From positions 21,826,001 to 21,890,000 of the forward strand of contig CM059432.1 in NCBI GenBank assembly GCA_030390025.1: a stretch of 64,000 nt of DNA, in the 5' to 3' direction. Position numbers and translations under genes: made by a program. A model generated the notes under the pieces. The model was not told where the DNA came from and made no database searches. It saw only the letters and a program-made list of their open reading frames with translations. Origin of the DNA: Squalus acanthias (lineage: Eukaryota). Positions within the stretch are counted from its first letter, which is position 1; the number at the start of each line of letters is the position of its first letter. Shown here piece by piece: positions 1 through 13,462 of this stretch.

Positions 1-380
1 AGACTCATCCAAGACTGGATGTCAGACAAGTAGTTTGGCAGAACAGAGGAAATTATGGGAACAAGGGAGGTGGTGGAAAGGTAGAGCTGGTTGTCATCAG
101 CATACATGTGGAAGCAGATATCATGCCTGTGGATATTGTTACCAAGAAGCTACATCTAACTGAAAAAGAGGAGAGGGATAAGGAGTGATCCTTAGAAGAC
201 TCTTTGGGTGATGCTTTGGGAAAAAAAGAGAAGCTATACATTGGATCCATTCAGTAAGGTGGTACATGTTAGGGCAGCCAATGAAGCTAAATAGAGGAGT
301 ATCGGTGGAGAAGGGTGGCCTGGTCAATTGTGTCAAACAATGCGGAGGGGCCTCTGTCATTGAGACTCTAGAATTATCCT
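1..380 (-). mobile_element. Degenerate L2-type LINE RT fragment
   Basis: Visibly similar to the L2 copy at 53400-53845 (e.g. atgtcagacaagtagt, gtagagctggttgtcatcagcatacatgtggaa); no intact ORF. Confidence 0.6.
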
Positions 381-719
381 CTGGGAGGTGGACAACACCA
401 CCAATTAATTTTCCTTCCTCCCAAAGGGGGAAGGGGGGACATAGCCTTGTCAGCAAAGCTTATTTTATGATAAAAATTCATGAATTTTACCATTACCATA
501 CTGGTACTCATTACACGTTTAAAACCTGGTTGATGCTCCCTTCAGTTTTTTTTCTCGAATGAATACAGTGTGATCTCCTAAGGGTGATGGGCGGGGGATA
601 TATTCCAGCAAGCACGATCATGCACCATTGACTGTCTCGGGCAAGCACTGGAGAATTCAGTGGCGCACAATCCTGCCCCGTCCATGCTGAAATTCTGCAT
701 GTGTGATTTTTCTACACTG

Positions 720-1336
720 GCTTAACTCCACCTCCCATTCCCCCACCACCTTGTCTCCCCATTTAAATTGACATCATAGACTACCCATGCTGCTGTAATA
801 GATTGCAGGTGAAGTTGAGATGACAGAAGCAATCTGTCAATGGTGAAAGAGGTTGTTCCAATGTGGTGACACTGGATAGAGAGTTTACTCCAAACACTTG
901 CAGCCTGCATAAAGCTCAATCCGCCTTCCAAATGCAGTAAGCAACAGCTTCTGAGCTTGGAAAGTGAACAGCTGTGAGGTGAGAGCTTTTATAGTACATT
1001 TCAAGCAGTCAAGTAATCAGCTGATTCAATGGCTATTCAACTTCCGCCTCAGATTCACTGACGTGATCCCCGAGCAGCATGGACCTCGTGGGCGAGCAGT
1101 TAAAGTGAAAAGGTAGGATTAAAAGGATTATTAAGTGTTTCTTAACAACCTGATAATTGTTTAAATTGGGTCGCCCGCCTCTGCGGGTCGGGTCGGATCG
1201 GAGTTCACAGATGTGCCTGTGGGAAAGGCGCATTGCGGCGGGTTGACAGCAGGGTCCTGACCCACTATCAAAAAAATCAAATTTCCCACCTGACCTGTCA
1301 CTGATCCCGCCCGCTGACCCCCAAGAAAATCCAGCA
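720..1336. mobile_element. Old DNA-transposon fragment, inverted homologue of about 10428-10930
   Basis: 888-968 is the reverse complement of about 10797-10880; ends in TIR-like aaaatccagc. Confidence 0.5.
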
Positions 1337-1339
1337 ATT

Positions 1340-1478
1340 GATGGTCACCATACCAGCTTTTTATTTCAGATTTTTTTAATTAATTGAATTTAAATTCTCC
1401 AGCTTCACGTGGTGGGAGTGGAACTCATGTCTCTCGGTTACTAGGCCAGTAACATAACAACTATGCTACTGTACCGTA
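1340..1478 (-). mobile_element. Partial tRNA-derived SINE (family of 24645-25102)
   Basis: Shares ccagtaacataac..ctatgctactgtacc and tgaatttaaattc with 24960-25102. Confidence 0.6.
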
Positions 1479-1954
1479 CTGGCGCCAGATGAAAAAAAGA
1501 CATGCAAGGGAGATCAACAGGCACTCGAGCCAGACTGCCCACGCTACTATGTCACCATCTACATCTGCAAGACCTGGCACATGTATGTGGAAGTGACCAA
1601 GGGCATCCGCTCCACAGGCTCAGGAGTTACACTATTGTACAAGTAGATTTTGGGCAGTGTCAGTCGACTCCCATGAAAGTAAGAAGCTCAGACCACTCGC
1701 TTATAGGAGTGACTGACACCACTGAACCCAAGAGGATATCTACGGCAGACTGAATTTGTATCTATTCCAAGACTGTGCATGTAGTGGACACAGTGTTGAT
1801 CCAGGCTGCCACCCTCTTCCAGACATATTGTCCTACAGTTATCTAGCTAGCATGTCCTGGAGTCCCAATCTTCCTCGTGCCCATCTCATGCAGCAGCACC
1901 TGCAATAAGCCATCAAGCAGTAGGTTTAGAGGCTGTGCCCTTCAACCAATAGGG

Positions 1955-2710
1955 AAAACATTGCAGGGCTATGGGGAAAGAGCAGGTGAGTGAGATTAAT
2001 TGGATAGCTTTACATGGACCATGTACAGCAGGCACCTCAAAGCACTGGAGAGGTACCACCAACGCTGCCTCCGCAAGATCCTGCAAATCCATTGGCAGGA
2101 TAGGCACACCAACGTCAGTGTTCTCGCTCAGGCCAACATCCCCAGCATCGAAGCTTTGACCACGCTCGATCAGCTCCGATGGACAGGCCACATCATCCGC
2201 ATGCCCGATACGAGACTCACAAAACATGCGCTCTACGCGGAGCTCCGACACGGCAAGAGAGCCCCAGGTGGGCAGAGGAAATGCTTCAAGGACACCCTCA
2301 AAGCCTTCTTGAAAAAGTGCAACATCCCCACTGACACCTTGAAATCCCTGGCCCAAGACCGCACAAAGTGGAGGAGAAGCATCCGGGAAGGCGCCGAACA
2401 CCTCGAGTCTCTTCGCCGGGAGCAAGCGGAAGCCAAGCGCAAGCAGCGCAAGGAGCGCACGTCAACCCAAGCACCCCACCCACCCGCCCCTTCAACCACC
2501 GTCTGCCCCACCTGTGACAGAGACTGTAGGTCCCGCATTGGACTCATCAGTCACCTGAGAACTCATTTTTAATGTGGAAGCAAGTCATCCTCAGTTCCGA
2601 GGGACTGCCTAAGAAGAAGAAGAAGAAGAAGAGCTTTGCCAAGGAGCTGGCACAAACATGATGGGCCCAATGGCCTCCTTCTGCGCTGTATCATTCTATG
2701 ATTCTTCTAT
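1955..2710 (+). mobile_element. CR1 LINE 3'UTR fragment, interrupted by an RTE insertion
   Basis: gcagggctatggggaaagagcagg...tggcctccttctgcgctgtatcattctatgattct matches other CR1 3' ends in the window. Confidence 0.75.
2012..2631 (+). mobile_element. 5'-truncated RTE-clade LINE (C-terminal ORF part with C2H2 zinc finger)
   Basis: ORF 2000-2572 has QLRWTGHIIRMPDTR and CPTCDRDCRSRIGLISHLRTH; GAA-rich tail; TSD agcttt at 2006-2011 and 2632-2637. Confidence 0.9.
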
Positions 2711-3619
2711 CTACGAACAGACACATTTTCCTGTCTCTACCTTTATTTTGGATGTCAATGGCTTTTGCCAGACATTTTGTTTCCCCACCCCATACACCCT
2801 TTTGAAAGACTGAAACATGAATTTGAAGTATTTACAGCCTTTTTAAAGGCTGGAACAATTTCTGTCCCCATAAAGCAGCTAGCTTTAAGTGGCAGCATCC
2901 CTTCAACATTGTGCAGCAGACCTTTAGGGTCCAGGCCCAATATGGGTCGACAGTTCGCAATGAATAATTAATTATAAAATTCAAGCCAATTGGTCCAGTG
3001 AGAAGACTATCAAGCTTGCCATCCTCTTGGCCCAATGCTTTAGCGCCCTTAGTCTCCCTGGGGACAGGAAAGCCAACCCTTACATCTCTTCGTGAGCGTA
3101 ATCAGTTGAATGGCTGACAAATGCAACTGCAGTCTCACTATTTTTTTTAGAAAATGCCTGTTTCAATTCCTTGACTAAAAGAATGTACATATACAGCATA
3201 ATCTTATATGTATCTTGTTGCTTTTTTTCAATCATTGACACTGTTTCAAAGTTTTCATTGGCTTCAGTATTGTTCTAAACTGCAAAGTGACAGTTAATAG
3301 TATACTTCCCTTTACATCTTCCAATCTGCCTGAGTTCACCTCTTTGCTACCTTGAAAATCCATCGAAGTATTAAACTCACCAAGCTATTTTAGATGCCAC
3401 TCCTGTCGGAATCAGTCTGGCACCTCACAAATCAATATTTGAGTTCTGAATCTACAGAGATAAAAAATAAGCTGCTATATTTGTTGGTAACTGAAATTAA
3501 AAAATGGACTTTACATTTCAGTTTCTCACATTTGACTGTAAATGTGACTTTACCATCACAAAGCATCTGAAATAGAAATAGAAATAGAAATAGAAAAATA
3601 ACCCATATGGATTGAGACA

Positions 3620-6600
3620 AAGGATAAGAAGGGGTCGATCATGTTAATGGGGGTATTCTACAGACCACCTACTAGTGGAAGGGAAGTGGAGGAAGAAATA
3701 TGTCGGCAAATCTATGAAATGAATAAAAAAGTTGAATAATAATCATCGGAGATTTCAACTACCCCCCAAATAAACTGCAAGAAGAGGTAGGGAAAGGGGA
3801 AAAGGGAATGGAGTTTTTGCAGCATGTTCAGGATTCCTTTCTTACCCAATAAGTAAGGAGTCCAACAAGAGAAGAATCACTGCTGGATCCAGGAATGGGA
3901 AATGAACCAGAGCAGGTAAGAGAAGTAAAGGGAACATTGAGGCAAAGCGATCATAACATAATAAGGTTTAAAATAATGATTGAGAAAGACTTAAGTAAGA
4001 TAACGACCAACGTAATAGATTGGAAAAAAAACTCATTTTGAGGGGATGAGAATGGAACTAGGGAAGATAAACTAGAAACAAAAATTGACAGACAAAGAGA
4101 TAGAACACCAGTGGAAAATACTTAAAATGGTGATCAATAGAGTTCAGGAGAAATATATTCCTCTAAAAATAAGAACAAATTAGACATTAATGAAACATCA
4201 TGAATGAATAAAGAGAAAAGGGTAAAATTGAAACTAAAGAAGAAGGCATACACTAAGTACATAGACAATAAAAGAGAGGATGACAAAAGGCAATATGAAG
4301 AGGGAGAATAACAAGGTGGGCATGACATTAGAAGAAGAGATCAAAAAAGATAAGACATTTAAGATAGAAAGTGGGGAGATAATTGATAAACTAATCAAAC
4401 TTAGAGGGGCTAAAACCCCTGGTCTGGATGAATTGCAGCCGTGCATATTGGCCCAAAAATTAGTGTCTCTACGCGAGAGTACGCACTGTGTACTCTCGCG
4501 TATTCTGTCTCCAATTGCTGGTTTTCTGCATGCACTGCGCATGCGCTGAAAACCGGCACTTGGTGATTTCAAAAGGGGGCGGTTCCTAAGTGAACCGCGT
4601 GCGCGCTACAGGCTGCGCGCACGCAGTGCACTTAGTGCTTTGAACGCGCAGGTAAGCATGGAAGATTTTGCACATAAAGAAAGGAGGCGTAAGACCCTCT
4701 TTTAACAAGGTAAGTAGTTAATTAAGTAGTATTTTGAATTTTTTTCAACAGGTATATCTTTTTTAGAGACTTTATAGAAAGGTAAGTTTATTTTTATAAC
4801 TTTTTAAAAGATTTTAAATTTTTTCAAAAATTGAATTTTTTGTTTAAAGTGGTTAATTTATTTAACTATACTTATTTTATTAATGTGATGGTTTTTTAAA
4901 AAAATTTAATTGAGGTTTAGCTGTTCTTTTGAGGGGGTATAGATTCATAGCTTTCACAACACTTGCGGTGAAAACTATGAATGAAAGATGGTGTGCTGCC
5001 ATTGGCTCTAACTGAATCACGTTATCCCACAGCTCGCACAAATTAACTGCGCCTGTGGGATACGGAAGCACTGCACAGCTGCTGTCTAGAAAATCAAGTT
5101 CGTGCGAGCTCGGAATGAAAAGGCAGGCGCGCAGTGAGATATCGCGGGTAAGCCTTACCCCCGCACGAAGGCTCCGTCTTTAATTTCAGGGCCATTAAAA
5201 GAAGTTGGGGAAGAGATAGCAGAGGCATTATTACATATATATAACAATTCATTAAAAAAGGGAATAGTGCCAGAAGACTGGTGGCTAATGTTATTCTCAT
5301 ATTTAAAAAGGGAGATAGAACAAGTCCAGGGAACTATAGATCAGTTAGCTTAACATTGGTGGTAGGAAATATAATGGAATCCTTACTCAAAGATGTAATA
5401 GAAAAACGTACAGAAATCAAAATATAACAAAGAGTAGTCAGCATGGATTTCAAAAGGGAAATCTATGCTTGACCAACCGTATTGAATTCTTTGAAGAAGT
5501 AACAGAAAGGGTGGACAAGAGTAATGTAGATGTAATAAATTTGGATTTTCAAAAGGCCTTCGATAAGGTACCGCACATGACTAAGGTCAGAGTATGTGGA
5601 GTCAGGGGTGAGATGGCAGAATGGATAGCAAGCTGGTTACAAAACAGAAAACAGAGAGCAGGGGTTAAGGGCAGCTATTCAGACTGGCAAAATGTGGGAA
5701 GTGATGTTCCACAGGGATCGATGCTGGGACCACTGTTGTTCACAATTTAGACTAACGATTTGGACTCGGCAATCGGAATTACAATTTCTAAATTTGAGGA
5801 CGACACCAAATTGGGGGGTGTAGTCAATACAAAGGAAGATTGTGACAAGATACAAAAAGACATTAATAAACTTGCAGAATGGGTGTTTAATTGTCAAATG
5901 AATTTCAATAGCTATAACTTTGAGGTGGTGCATTTTAGTAGGAAGAATAAGGAGGCCACATACTGCTTGGATAATGGGATAAAGGAGCAAAGGGATCCAG
6001 GGTTACAGATACACCTATCACTAAAAGTATCGACGGAGATTATAAGGCCATAAAAGTAAGCAAGCCAAGCACTGAAGTTTATTTCTAGAGGGATAGAATT
6101 GTAAAGCAGCGAAGTCAGGTTAAAATTGTATAGAACCTTGGTTAGACCACACTTGGAGTACTGTGCACTGTCTCCATATTATAAAAAGGCTGTAGAGGCA
6201 TTCAGAAGGTGTAAAAAAGATTTACAAGAATGATACCAGAACTGAGAGGTTATAACTTTCAGGAAAGACTGAACAGGCTGCGGCTCTTTTCTCTCGAAAA
6301 GAGAAGGTTGAGAGGTGACCTGATCGAGGTCTTTAAAATGAGGAAGGGGTTTGATAGGGTAGACATGGAGAAGATGTTTCCACTTGTAGGGGATTCAAAA
6401 ACTAGAGGTCATAAATATAAAATAGTCCCTCATAAATCCAGTAAGGAATTCAGGAGAAACATCTTTCCCCAAAGAGTGGTGAGAATGTGGAGTAGTTGAG
6501 GCAAATAGCGCAGATGCATTTAAGAGGAAGCTAGATAACCACGAGGGAGAAAATAGAGGGTATTCTGATAGGATTAGATGAAGAGGGGTGGGAGGAGGCT

Positions 6601-6670
6601 CGTGTGGACCATAAATGCCGGCATAGACCAGTTGGATCGAATAGCTTTTCTGTGCTGTAGACTCGATGAA
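3620..6670 (+). mobile_element. Degenerate CR1 LINE (endonuclease to 3'UTR), interrupted by MITE 4450-5193
   Basis: ORF fragments DFQKAFDKVPH, VPQGSMLGPLLF, KFEDDTKLGG, LFSLEKRRLRGDLIEVFK; many stops and frameshifts. Confidence 0.9.
4450..5193 (+). mobile_element. Non-autonomous DNA transposon (MITE family A, copy 1), PIF/Harbinger-like
   Basis: TIRs ggcccaaaaatt / aatttcagggcc; TSD att (4447-4449, 5194-5196); removing it rejoins the flanking CR1 sequence (gcatattaaaagaa). Confidence 0.9.
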
Positions 6671-6795
6671 ACTCCATACAAAATTGATAGGTTTATAGCA
6701 GTAGTGAAGAAGGGAGAGCTCTGGTTACAGTATTGTAATACTGTGTGCCAATCTTCATATCACCCTGAAATGTGATAGCATATCGTAATAAATTT

Positions 6796-7590
6796 GGGCT
6801 AAGAAATTCCCCATTCAGCGCTCATTTTGGGGGCTCGAAACAGCCTTCTAAGCCTGTAATACGGCGGGCAGGAAGCGCACGCTCATTACGAGCCGGAGGT
6901 GTGCCGCCCGCCATATTGATGAAGGCCAAAAAATCAGCGTGTCGTGCCCACGCCTGAAACAGGCTTTAGTCCCTTCGCATATGCAAATAAGGGGCTTAAT
7001 ACCGGTTTGAGGTCCCCTCTGAAAGACTGGTTTGCCCTGAGAATGTGCTGGCTGCATTCAGGGAAACCAGGTCTACGTGCGAACTAACAGGAGGCGCTTA
7101 AACGGTCTGCATATTAGGTCGCAACAAACAAGGTAAGTTTTTCTCGACTCCACATTCAATGAACAAGGGACGCTGCCAACCAATGCTCCCCCCGCCGCCC
7201 CCCCCACCGACCACCGATCACCGTCACTAAACCTCCCTCCAACCCCCAGGCCACCTCTACCTCCCCCACAACCACAGCTACTTCCCCCGAGCTACCACTA
7301 CCTCCCGACCCGATTGGCCCCCCTTCCTGGTTGTCCCCTTCCGGTCCCCTTTAACTACGGTATCTGAGAGCTGCTACTGGCATGATCTTCCATTACGATG
7401 TACCGACGAGCTACCTAGGGTAACAGCTCACCAGCTTGATGATGATGAGGCTCGAGGCCCAATATTGGGTGCGCCTCGGGCCTCAGCATTCAGGCACAGG
7501 GATTGACCCCTGCATCCCGGCGTCCCCACCCCGCCTCTCCCCTCGCCTAGCCTGCACATCCAGAAATGGACGCGTTCGAATTTCTAGGCT
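6796..7590. mobile_element. Non-autonomous DNA element with short TIRs
   Basis: Ends gggctaagaaattc / gaatttctaggc; CpG-rich; no coding capacity. Confidence 0.6.
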
Positions 7591-7799
7591 ATGATATTCA
7601 GACCAACGTCATTTCATAAGCAGCTCCTGAAGGAGGTTCTGCCACTGTGTTACAGTAGGGAGCTGGCACAACTCTCACAGAATGTGATGAAATCCTTTTC
7701 AGGAGCCGCTTAAGGAAGTGACTTAGGGCCTAAAATACGTCTGGCCAAATATGGGACTGGACACAATTACATGCAAATAATGGGAATGAGTCATATTTT

Positions 7800-8076
7800 G
7801 ACAATTAAGGTAATTGGCAAAAGAACCAGAGAGGAGATGAGGAAAACTTTTCTCATGCAGCGACTTGTTGTGATCTGTAATGCACTGCCTGAAAGGGTGG
7901 TGGAAGCAGATTCCATAATAACTTTCAAAAGGGAATTGGATAAATATTTCAAGTCGAGAAAATTGATGGACTATCGGGAAAGAGCAGGGGAGTGGGACAA
8001 ATTGGATAGCTCTTTTAAAGAGCCGGCACAGACAGAATGGGTCGAATGGCCTCCTTGCATGCTGTATCATTCTATG
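7800..8076 (+). mobile_element. CR1 LINE 3' fragment
   Basis: KVIGKRTREEMRKTFLMQRLVVICNALPERVVEA followed by CR1 3'UTR. Confidence 0.8.
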
Positions 8077-8629
8077 ACTCTCTCGGCAGTTATTGAGCAC
8101 TCTTGCTATTCCTGGGCTACGAAAACTGGAAAATGATTCAAATGGCCCAGGTACCCGGAAATCACCCGGGATCAGGGACGCATCCCAACGGCAGGCAAAA
8201 TTCACACACTTTATGGTCGTTATGGTCGAGCATAAAATCTAGACTGCTAGTTTTAAAAAAACAATAGAGATCTTAAACAGTAACTTGGCATTTACACAAT
8301 TATGAGGCTAGAAATTATTGTATCAAATTGCTCTGTCTGCTGTTTTGGCAGAGATAGTAACCTGTTAATATAGTGGAGAGAGGGAGATTTGATACTGATT
8401 AAGCGTTCATAGGATAATATCATTTCCAGTCTCTAATTGCGAGGAAAACGAGAATGTTTGGTAAATGGTACACAGCTCTGTTTCATTATAATAGGTGAGC
8501 AAGGCGGCAATTCAACAGAAAAGAGCCAATCTACTTTAGTTCTCTATGGGGCAATATCAGAGTAATCAGACTAATTAAGCATCCCACCCTGGACGCCCAG
8601 TGGGAAAGGGTTGAAGTAACATGCCATTG

Positions 8630-9049
8630 TATACTCTCTGGAGTTTAGAAGAATGAGAGGTGATCTCATTGAAACATACAAGATTCTGAAGGGGATTGAC
8701 AGGGTAGATGCTGAGAGGTTGTTTCCCCTGGCTGGAGTGTCTAGAACTAGGGGACATAGTCTCAGGATAAGGGGTTGGCCATTTAAGACCAAGATGAGGA
8801 GGAATTTCTTCATTCAGAGGGTTGTGAATCTTTGGAATTCTCTGCCCCAGAGGGCTGTGAATGCTGAGTCTTTGAGTATATTCAAGGCTGAGATAGATAG
8901 ATTTTTGGACTCTAAGGGAATCAAGGGATATGGAGATCAGGCAGGAAAGTGGAGTTGAGGTCGATGATCAGCCATGACCTTATTGAATGGCGGAGCAGGC
9001 TCAAGGGGCCTTATGGCCTACTCCTGCTCCTATTTCTTATGTTCTTATG
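8630..9049 (+). mobile_element. CR1 LINE 3' fragment
   Basis: ORF 8653-8958 MRGDLIETYKIL...QRVVNLWNSLP; ttcttatg tail repeats. Confidence 0.9.
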
Positions 9050-9469
9050 TACAGTTCACCTCAGAACTGCTTACGGGATGTTGGCAGTGCAGAATGGCTG
9101 CCATCTTTGCTTATGCAACAACAGAAGCTACACTTTGCAAAGTAATTAACTGTGCAAAGCGATTTGAAATGTTTCAATCTGAAAATGTGCTATGTAAATG
9201 TGTTTTCTTTTGGTCTCAACCCAATCCCCTTCACTAGGCTGAATGGGGAAGAAATTCCACAGGGTTCTCCCAATCTCCTGCCATCAGTTCAGCTGAAGAT
9301 CGGCAGAAAACCTGGAGGAACGACACAAGTGGACGTATTGTGGTTAATTAATGTCATTTGACCAGGGGTTCCACTCATCCTCTGCCAAAGTCACAGCAGT
9401 AGATAGGGGGAACCTTCACACAAATTCCGGTTGACTGAGTCTTTCTTCTGCTCCAATGCCCTTTGTTTG

Positions 9470-9603
9470 GTAAGGGTATTAAGGGTGACGGAACCAGGGC
9501 GGGTCGATGGAGTTAAGATACAGATCAGCCATGATCTAATTGAATGGCGGAACAGGCTTGAGGAGCTGGAGGATCTCCTCCTGTTCCTATATTCCTATGT
9601 TCC
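9470..9603 (+). mobile_element. CR1 3'UTR fragment
   Basis: cagatcagccatgatctaattgaatggcgg...ttcctatgttcct. Confidence 0.7.
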
Positions 9604-10104
9604 TTTCATTTTCATTGTCTTCCTTTCAAACTGCCTAGGCAGAACAAATAGGTGGAAACTAGCCATGAGTATAATTGCATAGTACTGGAAGACTATACTC
9701 ATGCTTGCTTGCTTATAATGCAGTGGAAATATAAAGATGTATATTTTGGTTGATGTATTCAAGGCAGCCCTGCTGCGCTGTTTTGCGTAGAGTAGTGCCC
9801 TTGGGATATACTTTCCTACTGGTGTTATTTTAATGCCAATGTTAATCCATTTATTTATGCATTGCAGTCGGTTATTTCAGACAGTTTAGGATGAATATCC
9901 TTCTGCAGAAGGAAGTGAATATATATAGAATAGACTCTAAGGAGATAGTGGAGGTTGATAATGTCAGAAAATGCAAGAGGAAGCTGGATTTGATATTTGA
10001 CAAAGAAAATGATTGGGAGTTATGGGAGGTGGGGTGGTGTCAGGGTTTTTTTTTTAATTTTAAGCCTGGCTATAGTGATCTTCTCCAACCTGTAAATAAA
10101 GAAA

Positions 10105-10410
10105 AAAACAGACTTGCGCCTTTCACAACCTCAGAGCGTCCCAAAGTGCATTAAAACAAATTAAGTTCTTTTGAAGTGTAGTCATTGTTGTAATGTAGGA
10201 AACGCAACAGCCAATTTGCGCACAGCAAGGTACCGCAAAGAGCAAGGTGATAATGACCAGCTAATCTGTTTCAGTGACGTTGGTTGAGGGATAAATATTA
10301 GCCAGGACACTGAGGAGCCCTCCCCTGAAATTCTTCAAATAGTGCCATGGGATCTTTTATATCTACCTGAGAGGAAACTTGGTTTAACATCTCATCTGGA
10401 AGACACTCCC
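10105..10410 (-). mobile_element. Partial DeuSINE-like (SacSINE1-like) SINE
   Basis: Reverse complement of the 23400-23730 body and tail. Confidence 0.75.
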
Positions 10411-10427
10411 TCTAGTACTGCAACAAA

Positions 10428-11330
10428 GGCCGGAATTTTACCGGCACTGAGAGGACGGGATTAGAGGCGGGTCAGCAGTGAAATTTGAAATGATTGACAG
10501 TGGGTCGGGACCCCACTGTCAACCCACCTCCACGCTAGTCTCCCAGGTGTCGGGTCTGTCAGCGTTGAACAGACCCGACACCAAGCAGCGGGGGAGGCAA
10601 TTTAGATCATTAGCTGGGTTGTTAAGAGGCAATTAAGTATTATTTTAAGCTCACCTTTAGATTTTTAGAGTTTGCCAACTGCTTCCCCACTGCTCAGGGA
10701 TCATGTCAGCTAAGGAGCTTGGGTGTTGTGTCAGCATGGGATGATTTACTAACTTGACAGCTGCAAATGGTCTGTAAAAGCTCCCATTTCATAAGTCTTC
10801 ACTTTCCAAGGTTAGAAGCTGATGCTTACTGCATTTGGAAGACAGATTGAGCTTTATGCAGCTAGCAAGTGTTTGGAGCAAACTCTCTATCCAGTGTCAC
10901 CTCAAGCACTTACCTTTGTTGGCCTGAATCACTTTCATGGCCTACAATGGTTGTAGCTCCTTCTTTCTTTGATGGCCCTCTGCTCATTTAATGTCTCTTG
11001 CCACCGCTTGTGCTGCTGCAATGGTGTCCCTGCTGCAGCACTTCCTCTTTTGCCCTGCTGGGCTCCCTGTTGGTGACAGGAATTTTGCAAGGAGCCCGCC
11101 CTGCATGGCTCAGGAAAATAACTTGGGAGTCAGAGGGGCAGGAGGAATCCCACCCTGCTGCTACTCTGCCCTCAGTGAAAATGCAGTCCTGGGTCTCCTT
11201 CAGCCCAGCTGTTCTTATCTTCCATTCACCAGGTAAGGTCTCGACCTCTGACAGCCAAGCAAATCTCAGCCTCCTGGTCACCAGGTAGATCTCAGCTTCC
11301 TGATTGCCAGACAGACTCAGGACTTTTCCT
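10428..11330. mobile_element. Decayed Harbinger-type DNA element fragment
   Basis: Starts with TIR-like ggccggaatttt; subterminal region resembles 37980-38250 and 720-1336; right end not found. Confidence 0.45.
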
Positions 11331-11916
11331 TCATCATCAGTCAGGTCACTAGACTTTGATTGCTTCTCCAAGACTTTATATTGGACTCTACTTTAACCAT
11401 GTATACTTTTTCCTAAGGCTTGTACATGTACTTTCTGGTTAGCACTCGTGTCCACTTGCACTCACATACTGGCTGCCATTCCGGAGCTGAGCTGCCCACT
11501 TGTTTCCTAGCCCACCCTGTCCCCATCAATCTTCAGACTCTCCTTTTCTAGTCTGAGCCATTCACTCTCAGCACTCTATTCCCACCATTGCTGTAACATG
11601 CCTTTTTCTGCTCCAGTCCCACTGGATGCTATTCCTAAGACGTAGCCATCCTCTGCTGCACTCTCCACAGAACCTGCCATTAACTGGCCCAAAGTAGCAG
11701 CACAGACTACCTTCCCCCAGTACATGTCCTACCTATCTCACTCCCCAGGATAAATTTCTTTAACCCTCTCCACTCCATCTGTCTCATCCATTGTTCCCTT
11801 CTGTGAGACTTCCATCACTGGCTCACTGTGAGTTGTCCCACAAAATTTATGCTAACCTTGCAAACAAGACCTTCCCCATCCTATGCCCACGACTACCAAT
11901 TTGACCAGTTTCACCA

Positions 11917-13462
11917 ACCCACCTTGAACCCGCCCACTTCCAGTTTTAACAGAGGTGGGACGACGGCTGGGCGACCAATCCACTCACAGGAGGAGGGTCA
12001 GTCGTGTGAAACCTTTTAAGGAGGCTGTGGGGTAAAAATTGAGTCGCGCCCCATTTGGGGCGCTAACCTCGCCGGGGCGCGACTTTTAGCGCCCCGAAAA
12101 AATTAGCGGCCCCGCGCCGGAACTTCAGTGGTTGCGCCCCAAGAGGGAAGCGGGGCGCCACTGGAAGCACCCCGCATCCCTCTTGGGGCGCTGCGAGGGA
12201 ATATCCTGGCGCTACGTGCCGCAGTATTGCAGGCCTTCCTCCCCTTCTTAAAGGGGAGGGACCCTGCGCAGCGCGAACCGGGGCCCAGCTGGGCTCCCAG
12301 GGATCGGGAGTGCCGGCAAAAGAGCCCGGCACTCAAGAGAAGTGCCGGGCTCTTGGAGCGCAGCCGGCACTTCACGGTGGGGGGGCTTCATGGGGGCCGG
12401 GGACAGCAACGGGGGCAGGTGCTGGCAGGCGGCCAGCAACAAAAATGGCCGCCTGCCACCTCCCCTTTAAATATCGCCGCCCCGGCCGCACGTACGCCTC
12501 CCTGAACCCGTCGGACATAGCGTCTGGCGGTAAATCAGGGGGCGCGACTGAAGATCACGGCCGGGGCGCGAGCGGGGTGCTGCGCACGGTGATGACGTCA
12601 TCGCCAGTGGCGCAGCGCCACAGGGCGCTACCGGCTGCCGCCGCCGCTAACCTCCCGCTGAATTTTTCGGGAGGCGTGGGCGGCGCTGCGCCCGGGCGTT
12701 AGCTGCTTTACGCCCCATTAGCGCCCTCTTAAGACGCTAACGGGAGGCGCAAGCAGCTGAATTTTTCCCCCTGTGTGTCTTCATTTTGGCAGTGATCTAT
12801 TTTTAACCACAGTCGGCTGGGTTTCCCAGGCCTCTGGAAACCCAACAAGTAAAAGGAGGCGAGAAGGGCTGAATCCATAAGTTAAATGCCTTTATTGCAC
12901 TGCTTGTGGGCCAGGAGGAGCAGGAGTGTTTTCTCCAGGCCAAACAAGCTTACCTCTGTACCCACACCCCACAATTTGTCTGCTCCACCTCACCCCCCTG
13001 TGATCGGACCACCCCCCCACCATCTGCTCCCACCCCTGCGATCGTATCCCCCCAACCACGTTCTACCCCCCGACCACCATCTGCTCTCCCCCCCACCCCA
13101 TGTTTGAACCCCCCCCGACTATGTTCTACTCCCCCCCAACCAACATCTCCCCACCCCCCCCCCACCTCCGTGATCGGACCCCCTTCGTCCACCCCCTCCC
13201 ACTATCGGATCCCCAACCATGTTCTGCCCCCCGACAACCATCTCCACCCATCGCGATCGGACCATCACCAACCACCACACCCACCTCCCGCGATCTCTCT
13301 CACCCCCCAGTAAACTAACTGCTGTCAGCTTGGCTGCAGCCTTGTGCTGAAGGATTTCCCACCTGACAGGCAGCTGGACGTTTGGGAAACCCATACTTCT
13401 GGGTTTCTTGTCCATAACCCCACCTGCTATACTGAACACGCCCCGAAAATAACATCGGGGCT
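11917..13462. mobile_element. Truncated non-autonomous DNA element (family of 33571-34361) carrying a nested element
   Basis: cccgcccacttccagttttaacagaggtggg and the C-rich repetitive core match 33660-34310. Confidence 0.7.
12029..12771. mobile_element. CpG-rich non-autonomous DNA transposon
   Basis: TIRs ggggtaaaaatt / aatttttccccc; TSD tgt (12026-12028, 12772-12774). Confidence 0.8.
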